Assembly: GCA_963799845.1 (NCBI GenBank)
Contig: CAWCYI010000004.1
Span: forward strand, 1,056,001 to 1,120,000
DNA length: 64,000 nt
Source: an uncultured Nitrososphaerota archaeon
GTDB taxonomy: Archaea > Thermoproteota > Nitrososphaeria > Nitrososphaerales > CADDZS01
Direction of reading: 5' to 3'
The notes under the pieces are model-generated. The model was not told the DNA's origin. It searched no databases and saw nothing but the letters and a program-made list of their open reading frames with translations. Below, one piece after another: positions 40,230 to 51,389 of the stretch (positions are counted from its first letter, which is position 1; each line of letters opens with the position of its first letter). Position numbers and translations under genes: made by a program.

Positions 40230-41546
40230 TCAACCGGTTTCGCCTGAAGCATTTTGAGCAGGCACGGACTCGGCAATAAGTTGACCGTCTTCTTCTACGT
40301 GCTGTTCCTGTTTTTCCCCAACATGGCTCTTTGATTCTGACTCGATCTTCTCCAGAGAGCGGATGATTCGGTCAATTTCCTTCACCCCTTCAGAAACCGG
40401 CGCGGTGGCCTTTGTCCCCGGGGCTTCCTCGATCGGACCCGAACTTTTCATCATGCTTTCTTTCTTACCCTTTGGAGCAAAACGTTCAGCTCTAATCTTG
40501 GTCGGAATCTCTTCGGCGAAGTGTAGACTCAATGTTTTGCTGTTCTGATCATACTTCTCGCCCACCAGCATCATCTTGTTCCCGTTGCTGCTAGCTTCTT
40601 CCAGGAGGCCCGCCGCGAGGCCCTCGACAAACTGATTGCCGTACGCGAGGTCGCCCTCCAAAGTTGGCGGGTCTGATATTGTCACCGCCCCAAATCTTCC
40701 TTCCATCGCGCTTCGAAGCTCAAAGGTCCCCCATCCCGCGGACATGAGGAACGCCTGAGCGTTTTCAATAAGCGGACTACCCCTTATCTTGCCATAAATC
40801 TTCGCTCCAATCTTGAAGACCTTGGTGTTACATGTAGAGCAGGTCCCTTGCAAGGCATGCGTTCGGTTCGACAAAATGACCTGCCTCGGATTCTGGATCT
40901 TTCTCATCATTCGGCACTTCATGCAATAGGCCTCCTCGATCTTTTGATCAGAGCTAACTCCCTGACCGTAATAGTAGATCGAATACTCAGGTTCGTAATC
41001 CTGGTTCAAGAATTGGCCGAGTTCCCGTACTATTTGGTGAGCGTATTCCCGTCCCTCCTGATATAGGGCAGAGGTGCCTGTAGATCCTGTTTCTTTTGCT
41101 AGGCGCCTTCCCAGATTGATCAGCGTGCCAGAGTGCAGCGAAACTGCAGGACGTTTATTGTTGAAAGCGATTCCCGCCATTCTTCTTCCAAATAGTCGAC
41201 CATTAATTTCGCAGTACTCTGCCGACATTACAAATTTCATTGTATGCAGTCGAACCGCGAGCTCGACGGGCCCCAGGTCGGCGTTCTCAAGGTTGCAGCA
41301 TATAGAAAGAATGAACTTGTTTTCGGGCGCGTTTATGCTGCTATCAAGAGCCAGTAGCATCGCACCATTTTCGATGAACACGTTGATAATCTGATTCTGG
41401 GTATAGGGAACGTTTTTACCACAAATCAAAAATTCATAATCAAACATTTTTGCTGGAAATGAAAAGCCGATGCTCTTCGGATAGTGATCTGAGATCATCT
41501 TTTTTTCTTGCCCGGAGCTGAAAAGTTTCACAACTTCTTCAATCAC
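40230..41546 (-). CDS. ACT-like + V4R-like protein with inserted DUF5679 zinc finger
   Basis: LYQEGREYA...AGWG...FVEGLAAG V4R pattern interrupted by EAYCMKCR...GTCSTCNTKVFKIG. Confidence 0.75.
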   Translation of the reverse strand: MIEEVVKLFSSGQEKKMISDHYPKSIGFSFPAKMFDYEFLICGKNVPYTQNQIINVFIENGAMLLALDSSINAPENKFILSICCNLENADLGPVELAVRLHTMKFVMSAEYCEINGRLFGRRMAGIAFNNKRPAVSLHSGTLINLGRRLAKETGSTGTSALYQEGREYAHQIVRELGQFLNQDYEPEYSIYYYGQGVSSDQKIEEAYCMKCRMMRKIQNPRQVILSNRTHALQGTCSTCNTKVFKIGAKIYGKIRGSPLIENAQAFLMSAGWGTFELRSAMEGRFGAVTISDPPTLEGDLAYGNQFVEGLAAGLLEEASSNGNKMMLVGEKYDQNSKTLSLHFAEEIPTKIRAERFAPKGKKESMMKSSGPIEEAPGTKATAPVSEGVKEIDRIIRSLEKIESESKSHVGEKQEQHVEEDGQLIAESVPAQNASGETG

Positions 41547-41797
41547 ACGTAAGCTGGGCCAGATTAGGACTTTATGAATTGGGGATTAGTGACAGCGGGT
41601 TAGAATTAAGAGTACGAGTTACAACAAGATGATAGAGATCCTCCCTCGGTCTATTTTTGACAGGATCGTTATGTAAATAGGCATATTTTGTCATGAATTT
41701 CCCTTCCCTTCGCCTAATTTTAGTCGCTCATCAGTGCGATGCTATCCCAAGTTTTGCCGCGTCAATTGAGAACGCTATCGGGGGATCTTCTATAAAT

Positions 41798-42262
41798 TCA
41801 AGTATCTCTTGGTATTTGGCCACCCTCTACCCTTTCAATTTGTGAATAATTTTTTGTATGCGCTCTGTTATGAATTCTCATCCAGAAACTAATCACGCCA
41901 GCAAATAGAAGTAAAAGAAATCCAGCAACACCCAGATCGATACTCCAGAAATACAAAAAGGGGTTAAACCAGGCGATTGGGCTTATCCACACGGGCGGAC
42001 TCCTATGACAAGATAGAGGTACTGGTACTGCCGGGCATGAAACTACGTAGTCGCCCTTGAAATAAAGAATTGAGCAAAAAGTACCATATTGATTCGTAAG
42101 GCATGTGGTGACTGGTTGAACAGGAATGGCAAATGAAAAGAAAATTGACGATGACAGCAAGACCACGCCTGAAATTGATAGCGCCAGTAAAACCAGGATT
42201 TTTGATTTCAACTTATGACATGATTCAAGCTCGCTTGAATTTACGCATTTTTCATTTAGCAT
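41798..42262 (-). CDS. 2-TM protein with Cys-rich loop
   Basis: TM - four Cys - TM. Confidence 0.6.
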   Translation of the reverse strand: MLNEKCVNSSELESCHKLKSKILVLLALSISGVVLLSSSIFFSFAIPVQPVTTCLTNQYGTFCSILYFKGDYVVSCPAVPVPLSCHRSPPVWISPIAWFNPFLYFWSIDLGVAGFLLLLFAGVISFWMRIHNRAHTKNYSQIERVEGGQIPRDT

Positions 42263-42318
42263 TCGAACAAACTAAATTATGATTAGAGCTCAAATCCAAA
42301 TGCCAGAAATGATGACGG

Positions 42319-44071
42319 TTACCGCCAGATGACAGTCTCGTCGGCCGGGCTGTGTCCGGAGTAATAAAACTCCACCTCGTAGTTTCCGAGATAAGAAAAA
42401 GTCATTCCTTTGTAGGTCTCCCCGAAAGTGTAGAGACTCTTCCAGAAGGAATGTGAACCGTTGATGTACGAGGCCGCAGAGATGCAACCGCGGGTGCCGT
42501 TCAGGTACTATGTTCGGGCACTCGACAAAGACATGCCAGTTTCCATCCGTTATTGGATATGCGCTCGAAACTCCAAACTGATAGAACGGAGCGTAGCCGA
42601 TAGGAGGATTGCCCGCTCCAAGCAAGCCGGCATCCCAGTAATGATTCTCTATCTTTGGCGGAGTGAAGCTGTCGTAGAGAATCCAGGGAGTCACGCTTCC
42701 GTTGCTCTCGTAGTGAATCCGGTAAAACCATTGAATGTCCTGGGAGTTAGTCCAGTTCATTTGAAGCTCAACCCAGTTTGACAGTGCTCCCGCGGGCAAG
42801 TCCGACGATCCAAGATGCAGCAGCTGCTGCCAGCTGTAGCCACCGCACGCCATGATGTAGTCGCATGCCCACCAAGCTCTTGCCAGGACCGCTTCGGTCC
42901 CGTTGCTGAACTCGATTACATCGGCACGATAGGCGAGATCCAATCCATCCTTACAGCAGTTGGGCGATTGATCTCCGACTCCGGCGGCGAGAAAATCGTT
43001 CGGGTACTCATTTTGCGAGATGGTGGTATTCCCTAGACTCACGTTGATTCCGACTGATTGCGATACCACTCTCGGTATCGCCAGATAACCCGCAGAGTAC
43101 ACAAACGTGTGGCCCACCTCCAGAGGAGAGAAAGCAGAATTGGAGACTCCGGAAAACCCGTTCATGACTGACAACTGATAACTCCCGGTGAAGAAGAGGC
43201 TCAAGAGTAAGACGATTGCCACAGCCATGGTTGCGGCAGTTATAATTCCGGGCGCCTTCCTAGCAAGTCCGTTAGAAGTCAAAACAGCTCGTCGCCTCTG
43301 AATTTCGAGAACAATTGCAGGAGCGCAAAATGCAGCGGCGAGCAGGAATATCGATACGATTGACGTTGGATAGTTAGTACAGTTCTCGCACGGAATCTCT
43401 ACGCCGAGACCGATCGCAAGGATCACGCCAGAAATGCCAGCGAAGAGCTTCGAAGCAACTCCGCTCATGGTTCCACGATCGAGAATCCACATCGAACCAG
43501 CTAGGCCGGCTGGTGCTCCAGCGAGAAACCACTGGAGATAATTTACCGGATAGTCCGCGCTCACGCCGGCAAATATGTGCATGACCGGAAAGAAACTTAG
43601 GGCAAAGCCAGTGAGTGCCGTTACGCCCAGTTGAAATGGCATGTCAATTGTAGATCGTTTCAGATTGCTCCATGTCTTCATAGAAGCGGAAGAGGTTATC
43701 ACCGCCAGGGAGGCAAACAGCAGAAAGTCTCTTAGGGGTCCGAGTCCGTCGGTTGAACTAATGTAACATTCCTTCATCGTGCACAGGGGTGCGACGTATA
43801 CTGTGACAGTAAATATCAACGACCCAAACAGCGGCGGAAGAATGACAGCCTTTGTGTTTCTGCCCACAACAAGGGCGGCCACGACTCCGGCAACGCAGAA
43901 CCATATGATGTCAAACCAGAACCTATCGACTGAAAAAGTGCCGAAAGTGGGGCTGGCTATTGCGTAATAGTGGTAGGTGAGCTTCTCGAAGACTATGGGT
44001 GGAATGGAAAGGATTACTGTTGCCAGTATTACTCGAAACAGCAGGTTCTTCTGGGTAACGACCTTGCACAT
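42319..44071 (-). CDS. Multi-TM protein fused to extracellular Trp/Cys-rich beta domain; frameshift at ~42505
   Basis: About 9 TM helices, then DQSPNCCKDGLD...AWWACD...; removing one base at GTACC gives ...LNGTRGCISAASYINGSHSFWK...IWR* ending at 42319. Confidence 0.7.
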
Positions 44072-44074
44072 GTG

Positions 44075-44479
44075 TTACTCTCTCTCGAGCTGTTCGATCT
44101 TTCTCGCCAAGATGCCCCTGATCTCGAATTCGAGCTTCGAAACTATTTCGTATGTTTGATCGTCCAGCAGATGTCTCATCCGATCGAGCGCGATTCGGAT
44201 CACAGTCTGTTCCCTCCTTAGATCACTTGTCCTCGATCTCTTTCCTAGTAAAACCGTCGTTTCGTCCTTCGGCCTTTTGTCAGGTTGAGCATCCAGCCGC
44301 AATTTTCTCGATTCGTCTTCGTAATACGATCGTACAAGCGTGATACCGAATGCAATCATGCTATCATAAGTCAACGATTTCAAGTTCGCACTTGTTCGTC
44401 CTCGCAGACCCTTTTCCAAGTCTTTTGAGAGCCGGTCTAGTTCTTTTATGGTCTTGTTGGTAATTGGAATCTTGGGCAT
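44075..44479 (-). CDS. Hypothetical basic protein
   Basis: ATG ORF 3 bp upstream of the previous gene, probably co-transcribed. Confidence 0.65.
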   Translation of the reverse strand: MPKIPITNKTIKELDRLSKDLEKGLRGRTSANLKSLTYDSMIAFGITLVRSYYEDESRKLRLDAQPDKRPKDETTVLLGKRSRTSDLRREQTVIRIALDRMRHLLDDQTYEIVSKLEFEIRGILARKIEQLERE

Positions 44480-44600
44480 ACTTTCTCACTGGCAATATTT
44501 CAACTAAAAGTGCTATGGCGGTCAAGGATCATCTTTTATCGGAGAGTCGTCAGAACCTTAATAGCAATCTATCAAGTTTTGAGTCTCGATTGGGCAAATC

Positions 44601-45452
44601 TTGGCAAGCGAAACTGAATACCATCGATTTCGCGCAGGGAAAGATATGGAGACAGAACGTCTCGAATTGCAGGCTAAATCCTTCCGTGATTCCATCCAAA
44701 AGCAAATATCGTTACTTGGAATCAAGAAGGACAGCAACGTTCTCGATGCTGGTTGTGGAACAGGATCATTTGCCAGAGCGATCGCACCTCTCGTTTCACC
44801 CACGAAAGTAAGAGCGATTGACATCGAACCTATCTTCATTGAAGAAGCAAAAAGACTCTCAAGAATAAATGGAATCCCAAACATCGAATTTGAAATAGGC
44901 GACATTCAAAACCTTGGATTTCCAGATAAGACATTCGATCTTTCATATACCAAGTTCGTGTTTTCTCACCTGACGAATCCGATGAAATCTATTTCCGAAT
45001 TGATCCGAGTCACCAGAAAGGGAGGAATTATCGCTTCAGTTGACGAAGGAGGTTTGTTCGTCCATCCTCCGACATCGCTTGACAAATTCTTCGCATTATT
45101 TGAAAAGATGGCGCAGTGGCGCAAAGTAGCGCAGGCGCCGAATATGCATTCTTCAGAAAACATTGGAAAAGAACTTTTTCGGCAATTTAGTTCCAGTGGA
45201 TTGTCCAACGTAACCGTTTATCCCATTCCAACTTACGCATCTTCTTCGGAAAATCCTGGCATATTGAACGATCTCACGACCGTTGCTAGGCAAATGATTG
45301 AGATTTACAAGGACGAGATAATCGCGAGAGGTTTCCTGACCAAAACGGAATACGTTGAAGGAGTGAACGAACTTGAAAAATGGCTGCGGAGACCCGATGC
45401 GTTTTGGCTGGTCCTCACAATAATGACTGTGGGGACCGTAACGGATCCTTGA
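44601..45452 (+). CDS. Class I SAM-dependent methyltransferase
   Basis: VLDAGCGTG and GDIQNLGFPDKTFD motifs. Confidence 0.9.
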   Translation: MASETEYHRFRAGKDMETERLELQAKSFRDSIQKQISLLGIKKDSNVLDAGCGTGSFARAIAPLVSPTKVRAIDIEPIFIEEAKRLSRINGIPNIEFEIGDIQNLGFPDKTFDLSYTKFVFSHLTNPMKSISELIRVTRKGGIIASVDEGGLFVHPPTSLDKFFALFEKMAQWRKVAQAPNMHSSENIGKELFRQFSSSGLSNVTVYPIPTYASSSENPGILNDLTTVARQMIEIYKDEIIARGFLTKTEYVEGVNELEKWLRRPDAFWLVLTIMTVGTVTDP

Positions 45453-45679
45453 AGTCGAAGGGTATTTTTCCATCCGAAGACAGAATTCGGGCTCTACCAA
45501 AAAACAGCTATTTAGTGAATGGAAAATTCGAGCACCGGGAGATTCCGTTTCAAATTATCAATGACTTGATCTGATACTTTACTTGGATTGATTCTGTCGG
45601 AAGCAAACACTCTCTGTTCTAATTCGAGAAACAATCTCAATGCTATGTAGGTTCAAATAATACAGCTACAAACATCTGT

Positions 45680-46519
45680 TTGGATAGATTTTTGCAATCA
45701 CGGCTCGCGGCACTCGTCGCCGCCATTATAGTACTTGCATTGGCGATAGGGGCAACTATGGGATACACTTTCTCCTCGCAAAGAACATCCACTGTAACTG
45801 ATACCGCGACTATAATAAGCTCGCAAACCTCTTCGGTAACCCCCATACAGTTAGATTCTACAACGGTTTCTCAGACGACCACTATTTACCAAACAGTCAC
45901 ACGAGTGGTAGCCGGTGCCGAAAATGAATGCGAATTTACCGAAACTTGCAGCGTTCAAAGTCCTCTGGGTCTCGAACTGTTGCTCTCGGTAAACTCGACT
46001 CAACTCAGTCCAAACAACAGCATTTCCCTGAACATTACCGAGGTCAACATTCTTTCGACCGCAAACAACGTATCATTTTCCAATGCGTGGGCGATTGAAG
46101 GATTGGAGCAAATGTGTGTTTTTGAACCCGCTACAGGTTTCGCAGTATTCAGTGGATACTTTGCACTGAACAATCTTTCTTCCGCAAAGCCACTCGATCT
46201 TTGGCCAATAGTTCCGGAGTGTCCCGCCTCGTTCATATTCAATGGGACAACGATTGTTGGGATTTTGCAAAATGTGACGAGTTATTCGTTCCTTCCAAGA
46301 AGTGATGTCGCAAATTATTCCGCGTATTATATCCCAGAATCTTCCAATAATTCCGCGCTTTTGTTTGGCAAGTTTTCAATGTCAATGAGCACAATAAGAA
46401 ATATCTTTACGAACAATTCCTCGGAACCCACACTTAACTCGGTCGCACCAGCCGTTTACACTCTTGCTGTTGGCGATGAGTGGGGTGATCTTGTCTTGCT
46501 TCACTTTTCAGTAACTTAA
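45680..46519 (+). CDS. Anchored surface protein, single GDEWG domain
   Basis: PAVYTLAVGDEWGDLVLLHFSV; Thr-rich stalk. Confidence 0.8.
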   Translation: MDRFLQSRLAALVAAIIVLALAIGATMGYTFSSQRTSTVTDTATIISSQTSSVTPIQLDSTTVSQTTTIYQTVTRVVAGAENECEFTETCSVQSPLGLELLLSVNSTQLSPNNSISLNITEVNILSTANNVSFSNAWAIEGLEQMCVFEPATGFAVFSGYFALNNLSSAKPLDLWPIVPECPASFIFNGTTIVGILQNVTSYSFLPRSDVANYSAYYIPESSNNSALLFGKFSMSMSTIRNIFTNNSSEPTLNSVAPAVYTLAVGDEWGDLVLLHFSVT

Positions 46520-46563
46520 CCAACAGAGCCGTATTCATAAGTTTCTAAAACAAGTGAAGGCAA

Positions 46564-46824
46564 TTGGAACGTAGGATTCTGATTTTTATTATCTCAGTAA
46601 TTGCAATTATAATTGTCATCTCTCTATTTTTTACAACTTCTTACAACCCTGATAACATGCTAACCGAAACAGTCTGTAGCGAAGTTGCCACAACTGTTGT
46701 TGGCGCAACACACGTAATTTCCAATTCTACGGGAGAAACAAGTTACACAGTATCAATGACATTAACTTACACAACAATTTCCACTATGATATATCACGCA
46801 GGAACTATGCCCTTATGTCCCTAG
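46564..46824 (+). CDS. Small anchored Thr-rich protein
   Basis: TM helix plus Cys pair. Confidence 0.55.
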   Translation: MERRILIFIISVIAIIIVISLFFTTSYNPDNMLTETVCSEVATTVVGATHVISNSTGETSYTVSMTLTYTTISTMIYHAGTMPLCP

Positions 46825-46877
46825 AATAACTGGCTTCTTACCCATCCTAACCTTAACGCACCTAACTTCCTAGATTG

Positions 46878-47390
46878 TTAATGTCTGTTTCTTTCAACTA
46901 GCTCCTGTTGTTGGCTGTGACTTTCACGTTGTAGTCTAATGCCGCCGATAGTGTACAGGACTATAGCGGCGGCAACCACCAGCAGCCCAATATCGGGAAC
47001 AGGAGCATAACAAGTGGAACCACAATCCAATTGCGAAAAGAAACTCAAGAATCCAAGCAAAAGAACGATATCGAGTATCATCACCGAGCCTGCCGCAATG
47101 GTTAGTCGACGTGAGTCCCATCGTTTGAAAATGACTACTACGCCCATGAGTAGCCCAACGACGTACAGAAATCCTGTGAAAATATTGTAATACAAAATAT
47201 TGAATCCGGGGCCAGCAATTATTGCTCCCGCGGAATAATACGTCGCTGAACCGTTGTAAGGCGTTGGAAGATAGAAAACCGGAATGAAAAGTCCTACAGC
47301 GACTAAGATAAGGAGAAACAAATAGGTAATTCTCTCTCTTGATAAGTCAAAGGTAGATCTGCGGATCCCAAATTTTTCCTTGTTCTGCAT
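46878..47390 (-). CDS. 4-TM membrane protein
   Basis: Hydrophobic helices; CGSTC loop. Confidence 0.65.
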   Translation of the reverse strand: MQNKEKFGIRRSTFDLSRERITYLFLLILVAVGLFIPVFYLPTPYNGSATYYSAGAIIAGPGFNILYYNIFTGFLYVVGLLMGVVVIFKRWDSRRLTIAAGSVMILDIVLLLGFLSFFSQLDCGSTCYAPVPDIGLLVVAAAIVLYTIGGIRLQRESHSQQQELVERNRH

Positions 47391-47412
47391 GGTTACACAC
47401 TCTTAGATCTTT

Positions 47413-48519
47413 TCAACCAGCATACTGAAACAAAAACTGCTGCTCCGAATATACTGTCCCGTTGTGTTCGTAGCCAATGAAAATAGCATAATTTCCTGGA
47501 CTGAGATGATCCGTATTGGCAGTCAACTCAATGCTACAAAACTGCCACGGAGAGTTTATAGAATCGTGCAGAGTTGAGGCTGTCTCGTTTGCTGTGATGT
47601 ATGGCGAGCTGGTGTTAACATAGAAACTCCCTGGCAATAGAGCAGTAATATTTCCAATGTGAATCGAGTAATTCACCCCGATCGAGGGATTGGAATGAGA
47701 CGTCGATCCGCCTGTTGAATTTAGAGCGCTATATGTATCATTTGCAGGACCTGCAATTGAAGGATAGGCGATGCCCAACCCCGTTACACCAATGATACTC
47801 TCGCCCATGTTCTGGTCGGATGTGGTACAACCATAGTTCGATGAGAGACTGGGAGAATTGAGAAACTGCCGAAAGTTATCTCCTCCTATTTGGGATGGGG
47901 AAAATCCAATGGCCAGAGGAAATAGACTCGGGCAGAAAAGTGGTGTTTCCAGCAGATAGAAACCGTCAACTGAATCATTGGATCTTATTGTGTAGGAAAC
48001 GACTGCGCTTGATTCATAAGAATTTAGTACAAAGTGGCTCCGGCTCGCAGTAACACCGACCGCCTGAGCTTGCAAAAGATAGGACGCGTTCCCATTTTCC
48101 AAAGTCACGGAAGATGAAGATGAAGACTCATTTTGCGGTTGAGCAAGCCAAACGGCAGGATTAATTGATTGCGAAAATGGTGTCGCCGTTTCTGGCTCCG
48201 CATAATAAATTACACACAATGTCGCGGATGAGCTAGCATTCATCAATAAGACAGTGAACTTTGCCTCTTGCGAGAAATTATTGCTTGGAAAGGGAGTCGG
48301 AGGATACGCGGTAGTACAACCTCCCGTGCCGGCATTATTCACCGGTGAGATCCAAGGTGTGTGTGGTGCAGTCCCATAAAACGGAGCATAAACGAACCCC
48401 TGCCCTACACCGAAAATGATTACAAATGACAACATAATTGCAAGCATCAGTAGTACCCTAAAGCCAGTCAGCATAAGGTTGGTTGTGCACTGTACAAGCA
48501 AAAATTGCGTGGGAGCCAC
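47413..48519 (-). CDS. Exported Ser/Asn-rich multidomain surface protein
   Basis: Signal/TM helix; many N-x-S/T sequons; Cys pairs. Confidence 0.7.
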   Translation of the reverse strand: MAPTQFLLVQCTTNLMLTGFRVLLMLAIMLSFVIIFGVGQGFVYAPFYGTAPHTPWISPVNNAGTGGCTTAYPPTPFPSNNFSQEAKFTVLLMNASSSATLCVIYYAEPETATPFSQSINPAVWLAQPQNESSSSSSVTLENGNASYLLQAQAVGVTASRSHFVLNSYESSAVVSYTIRSNDSVDGFYLLETPLFCPSLFPLAIGFSPSQIGGDNFRQFLNSPSLSSNYGCTTSDQNMGESIIGVTGLGIAYPSIAGPANDTYSALNSTGGSTSHSNPSIGVNYSIHIGNITALLPGSFYVNTSSPYITANETASTLHDSINSPWQFCSIELTANTDHLSPGNYAIFIGYEHNGTVYSEQQFLFQYAG

Positions 48520-48560
48520 TTAAATTCTTGCTACCATAAAATGGACGTGGAATACATCTA

Positions 48561-48578
48561 GACTGCCGATTGGCAGTC
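48561..48578. other. Perfect 7-bp palindrome GACTGCC-gatt-GGCAGTC in divergent intergenic region
   Basis: Seen directly; possible operator or hairpin. Confidence 0.4.
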
Positions 48579-48792
48579 CATCTGCCCCTAGGAGACTGCG
48601 CGCTTAATGCTAGAACTTTGCAACTCGACCGAGCCTTTTGGAGAAGTTAAGCTGCAAGAGGAAATGATTTCGTGAATTGCTTTGTCGAATTGCGCGATGC
48701 ATCTGCTCTGGTGATCAAAGCAGAAATTCTATACTAAAACATGAAATATCTCGTGACTGTATGAAATAGGTTTGCGGTAGCGAGATGCAAAA

Positions 48793-50572
48793 GTGACAGC
48801 CGTTAGGAACAAGTTTGTGATCGCAATAGTCGCTGCAATAATTGTTATCTCGGCTGTTGTGAGTGCTTATCTCATCTCGGGAACCTCGACCACGCTTGCA
48901 GTGCAAACCACAGGCGTGACTACAAATACAACATCATCTGCTGTCGAAACAACAGTTGCTGAGACCAGGAATTCTACCTTGGACTTGGAACTTTCTCTCT
49001 CGATCAATTCCACAACTGTTGAAACAGGCCAGGCGATCAATATCTCCCTCTCGTTGCAGAATACATTGCCCCGAATTAACAACGTATCCGCCGAATGGAT
49101 TTGGGCATTTCCATCCCTGCTCAATTTTTCATATTCCATCTTGCCTTGCCCCAGATGGGATACCTTCCGAGTCTTCAACGGCTATTATTCGAAGAATAAC
49201 ATTTCAAGCGCCGCGCCTCTCTATCTCTAGCCGATAGCCGAAGGTTATCCCTTGTGTCCAAACTGGAATTTTAGCAACTATCTCTTCCAGCCTTCCAGCA
49301 GTACGGTGAACGTGAGTAACACTTCCCCTTCGAATTATGATAATTCATTCAGCACGGCAGAAAGCCACTCGCTAGCCGGCTATTACTTCCCGAATCAGGG
49401 TACACCGGGCTCAAACGAGTTTCCTCCCGCCACACCTTTTCCAGTCGGTGTCTTCACTATAGCTGCAGGAGATGAGTGGGGGCAACTCACGATCCTTCAC
49501 TTTAATGTAATGCAGGGCTCAAAGACAAATCAGACCGCTAGCTTCTCCACATGCCAGGCTGTCGGCAGAGTTAATTCTACGATATCGACCGGAGGAAACA
49601 CAATCGGCGGGCCGATCGCATACGATTCACACGACAACGAGATTTACGCGGCTGGCACGAGTTTCAACTACCAAGGACCCGGACAGTCAAATTCGGTTTA
49701 TGCAATCAATCCTTCGACTAATTCTTCAACTGCCGCGATCGCGGTTGGCAGCGAACCGACAGACATTGCTTTCGATCCGAACAACAACAATTTGTACGTC
49801 ACAAACTTTGGTTCAAATTCAGTTTCAGTAATTAGCGACGCTACGAACAAGATAATCGGAAACATTTCTGTCGGAGCAGGCCCGATCAGGATAACGTACC
49901 GATCCCTACAACAAGGAGCTCTACATCTCAAACCGCATTTCGGGCACGGTTTCCGTGATCAACGCAACAACAGATATGGTCGCATCAAACATCGTAGTAA
50001 GCGGTTCTCCATTCGAGATAGTCTATGACTCGTTCAATCACGATCTCTATGTCACCGATGGTGCGTCCGGAAACGTCACGATTATTGATAGCAGCTCAAA
50101 CAAAGTCGTGGGAGGTTTTTCTCTTGGACAGGGTTCGGGAATGATTGCATACGATTCTGCAAATAACTACATGTACTTTTTCCCGCAAGACTCGCAAGTG
50201 CTCTACATTATCAACGGTTCCAATAATCAGGTTGTCGGAAATGTAAGCGGGATATATGATTTGAATGCGATCGCTTACAACCCTTCGAATGATGACATCT
50301 ACGCCGCCGGGAATGCAACAGACGGATTTCTCTATATAATATCTGGCAGCTCCACTAACAGTAGCGAAATCGTTTCTTCGGTCTACGGGCAAGGCTGGGT
50401 GCCTGTCGATTTCGTGTACGTAAACGGTTCGATGTATCTTGGCACGAATTATGGAAACGCGATTTACGTTTTGACTACAGAGGGAACGAGCACAACATGT
50501 ACCAACTCTAACTCTACAGTGACTTACATAGGATCCATCGTGACTATGATTATTACAACTTCAGACGGTTGA
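48793..50572 (+). CDS. Anchored surface protein: GDEWG domain + YVTN beta-propeller; in-frame TAG (49228-49230) and frameshift at ~49900
   Basis: ORFs 48793 and 49252 are in frame (APLYL*PI vs paralog KPLDLWPI); LYVTNFGSNSVSVI repeats continue in ORF 49955-50572. Confidence 0.78.
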
Positions 50573-50749
50573 ATTTACCAACCTATTCAATCATGAATTC
50601 ACTCTTTTCACGCAATCTAATCCTCATTCGAGCAGTTAGCCCTAATATTTGAAACTATACAGTAACAAAACAGTTTTCAGAGAAGGAAAAGGAATGGTCT
50701 TGGGTACTGTTCTAAAGACTAGAACCTTATAGGATGCCATCATTTGTAG

Positions 50750-51292
50750 TTGTTTGTCATGAATAAACTGGTTGTTGTCACGGGCGCTGTTGGAATAATC
50801 GCATTGATTATTGGTGTTGCAATAGGCACTCAAATTCCGATCAGATCCACGTTTCCAATAGTGAGCATCACTGCAACTTCAACCCTGACGGTTACGACAT
50901 CTTGCAGCACTACATTCAACAGCATCGCCTGCTTTACAATTAGCGGGAGTTCTACAGGAGAAAGTTCCTGTCAGTTCATTACCGATGCAGGTCTGTTCTT
51001 CATTCGAGTCCTGAATGATTCCGGCGCTCCGGTGGAGGGGGCCTCCATCTCGGCGAATTACAACGAACCATTTTGTCCTGGCATGACCGTGTACACATCA
51101 ACACGAAGCCCACTTATTACGAATGCGAGCGGCTGGGCAGTTGACGATTGGAGTTTAATTGGGAACTATACCTACTACATCAACAACGATTTCAATCATC
51201 CGGTTAATGTCTTCCTGACATACAACATGTCAACATATGTCAGCGTAAGAATTCCATCGTACAACATCACGACCCTCTACGAACCGGATTGA
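50750..51292 (+). CDS. Anchored surface protein with prealbumin/carboxypeptidase-regulatory-like domain
   Basis: FFIRVLNDSGAPVEGASI...TNASGWA. Confidence 0.7.
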   Translation: MFVMNKLVVVTGAVGIIALIIGVAIGTQIPIRSTFPIVSITATSTLTVTTSCSTTFNSIACFTISGSSTGESSCQFITDAGLFFIRVLNDSGAPVEGASISANYNEPFCPGMTVYTSTRSPLITNASGWAVDDWSLIGNYTYYINNDFNHPVNVFLTYNMSTYVSVRIPSYNITTLYEPD

Positions 51293-51389
51293 AAGAGCTA
51301 TCCAAGAACAGCCTGTTCTGCACCTGCTTTGGTGTAGTAAAAAAAGTAGCACTAAATACCAATGACATGCTTACCTACTCAGCGGGAAC

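Noticed and set aside
9361-49230. Genome-wide TAG reassignment (pyrrolysine or alternative code)
   Set aside because: About two dozen genes, including folK and proA, end normally in TAG; internal TAGs align with Trp; no pyl genes are in the window.
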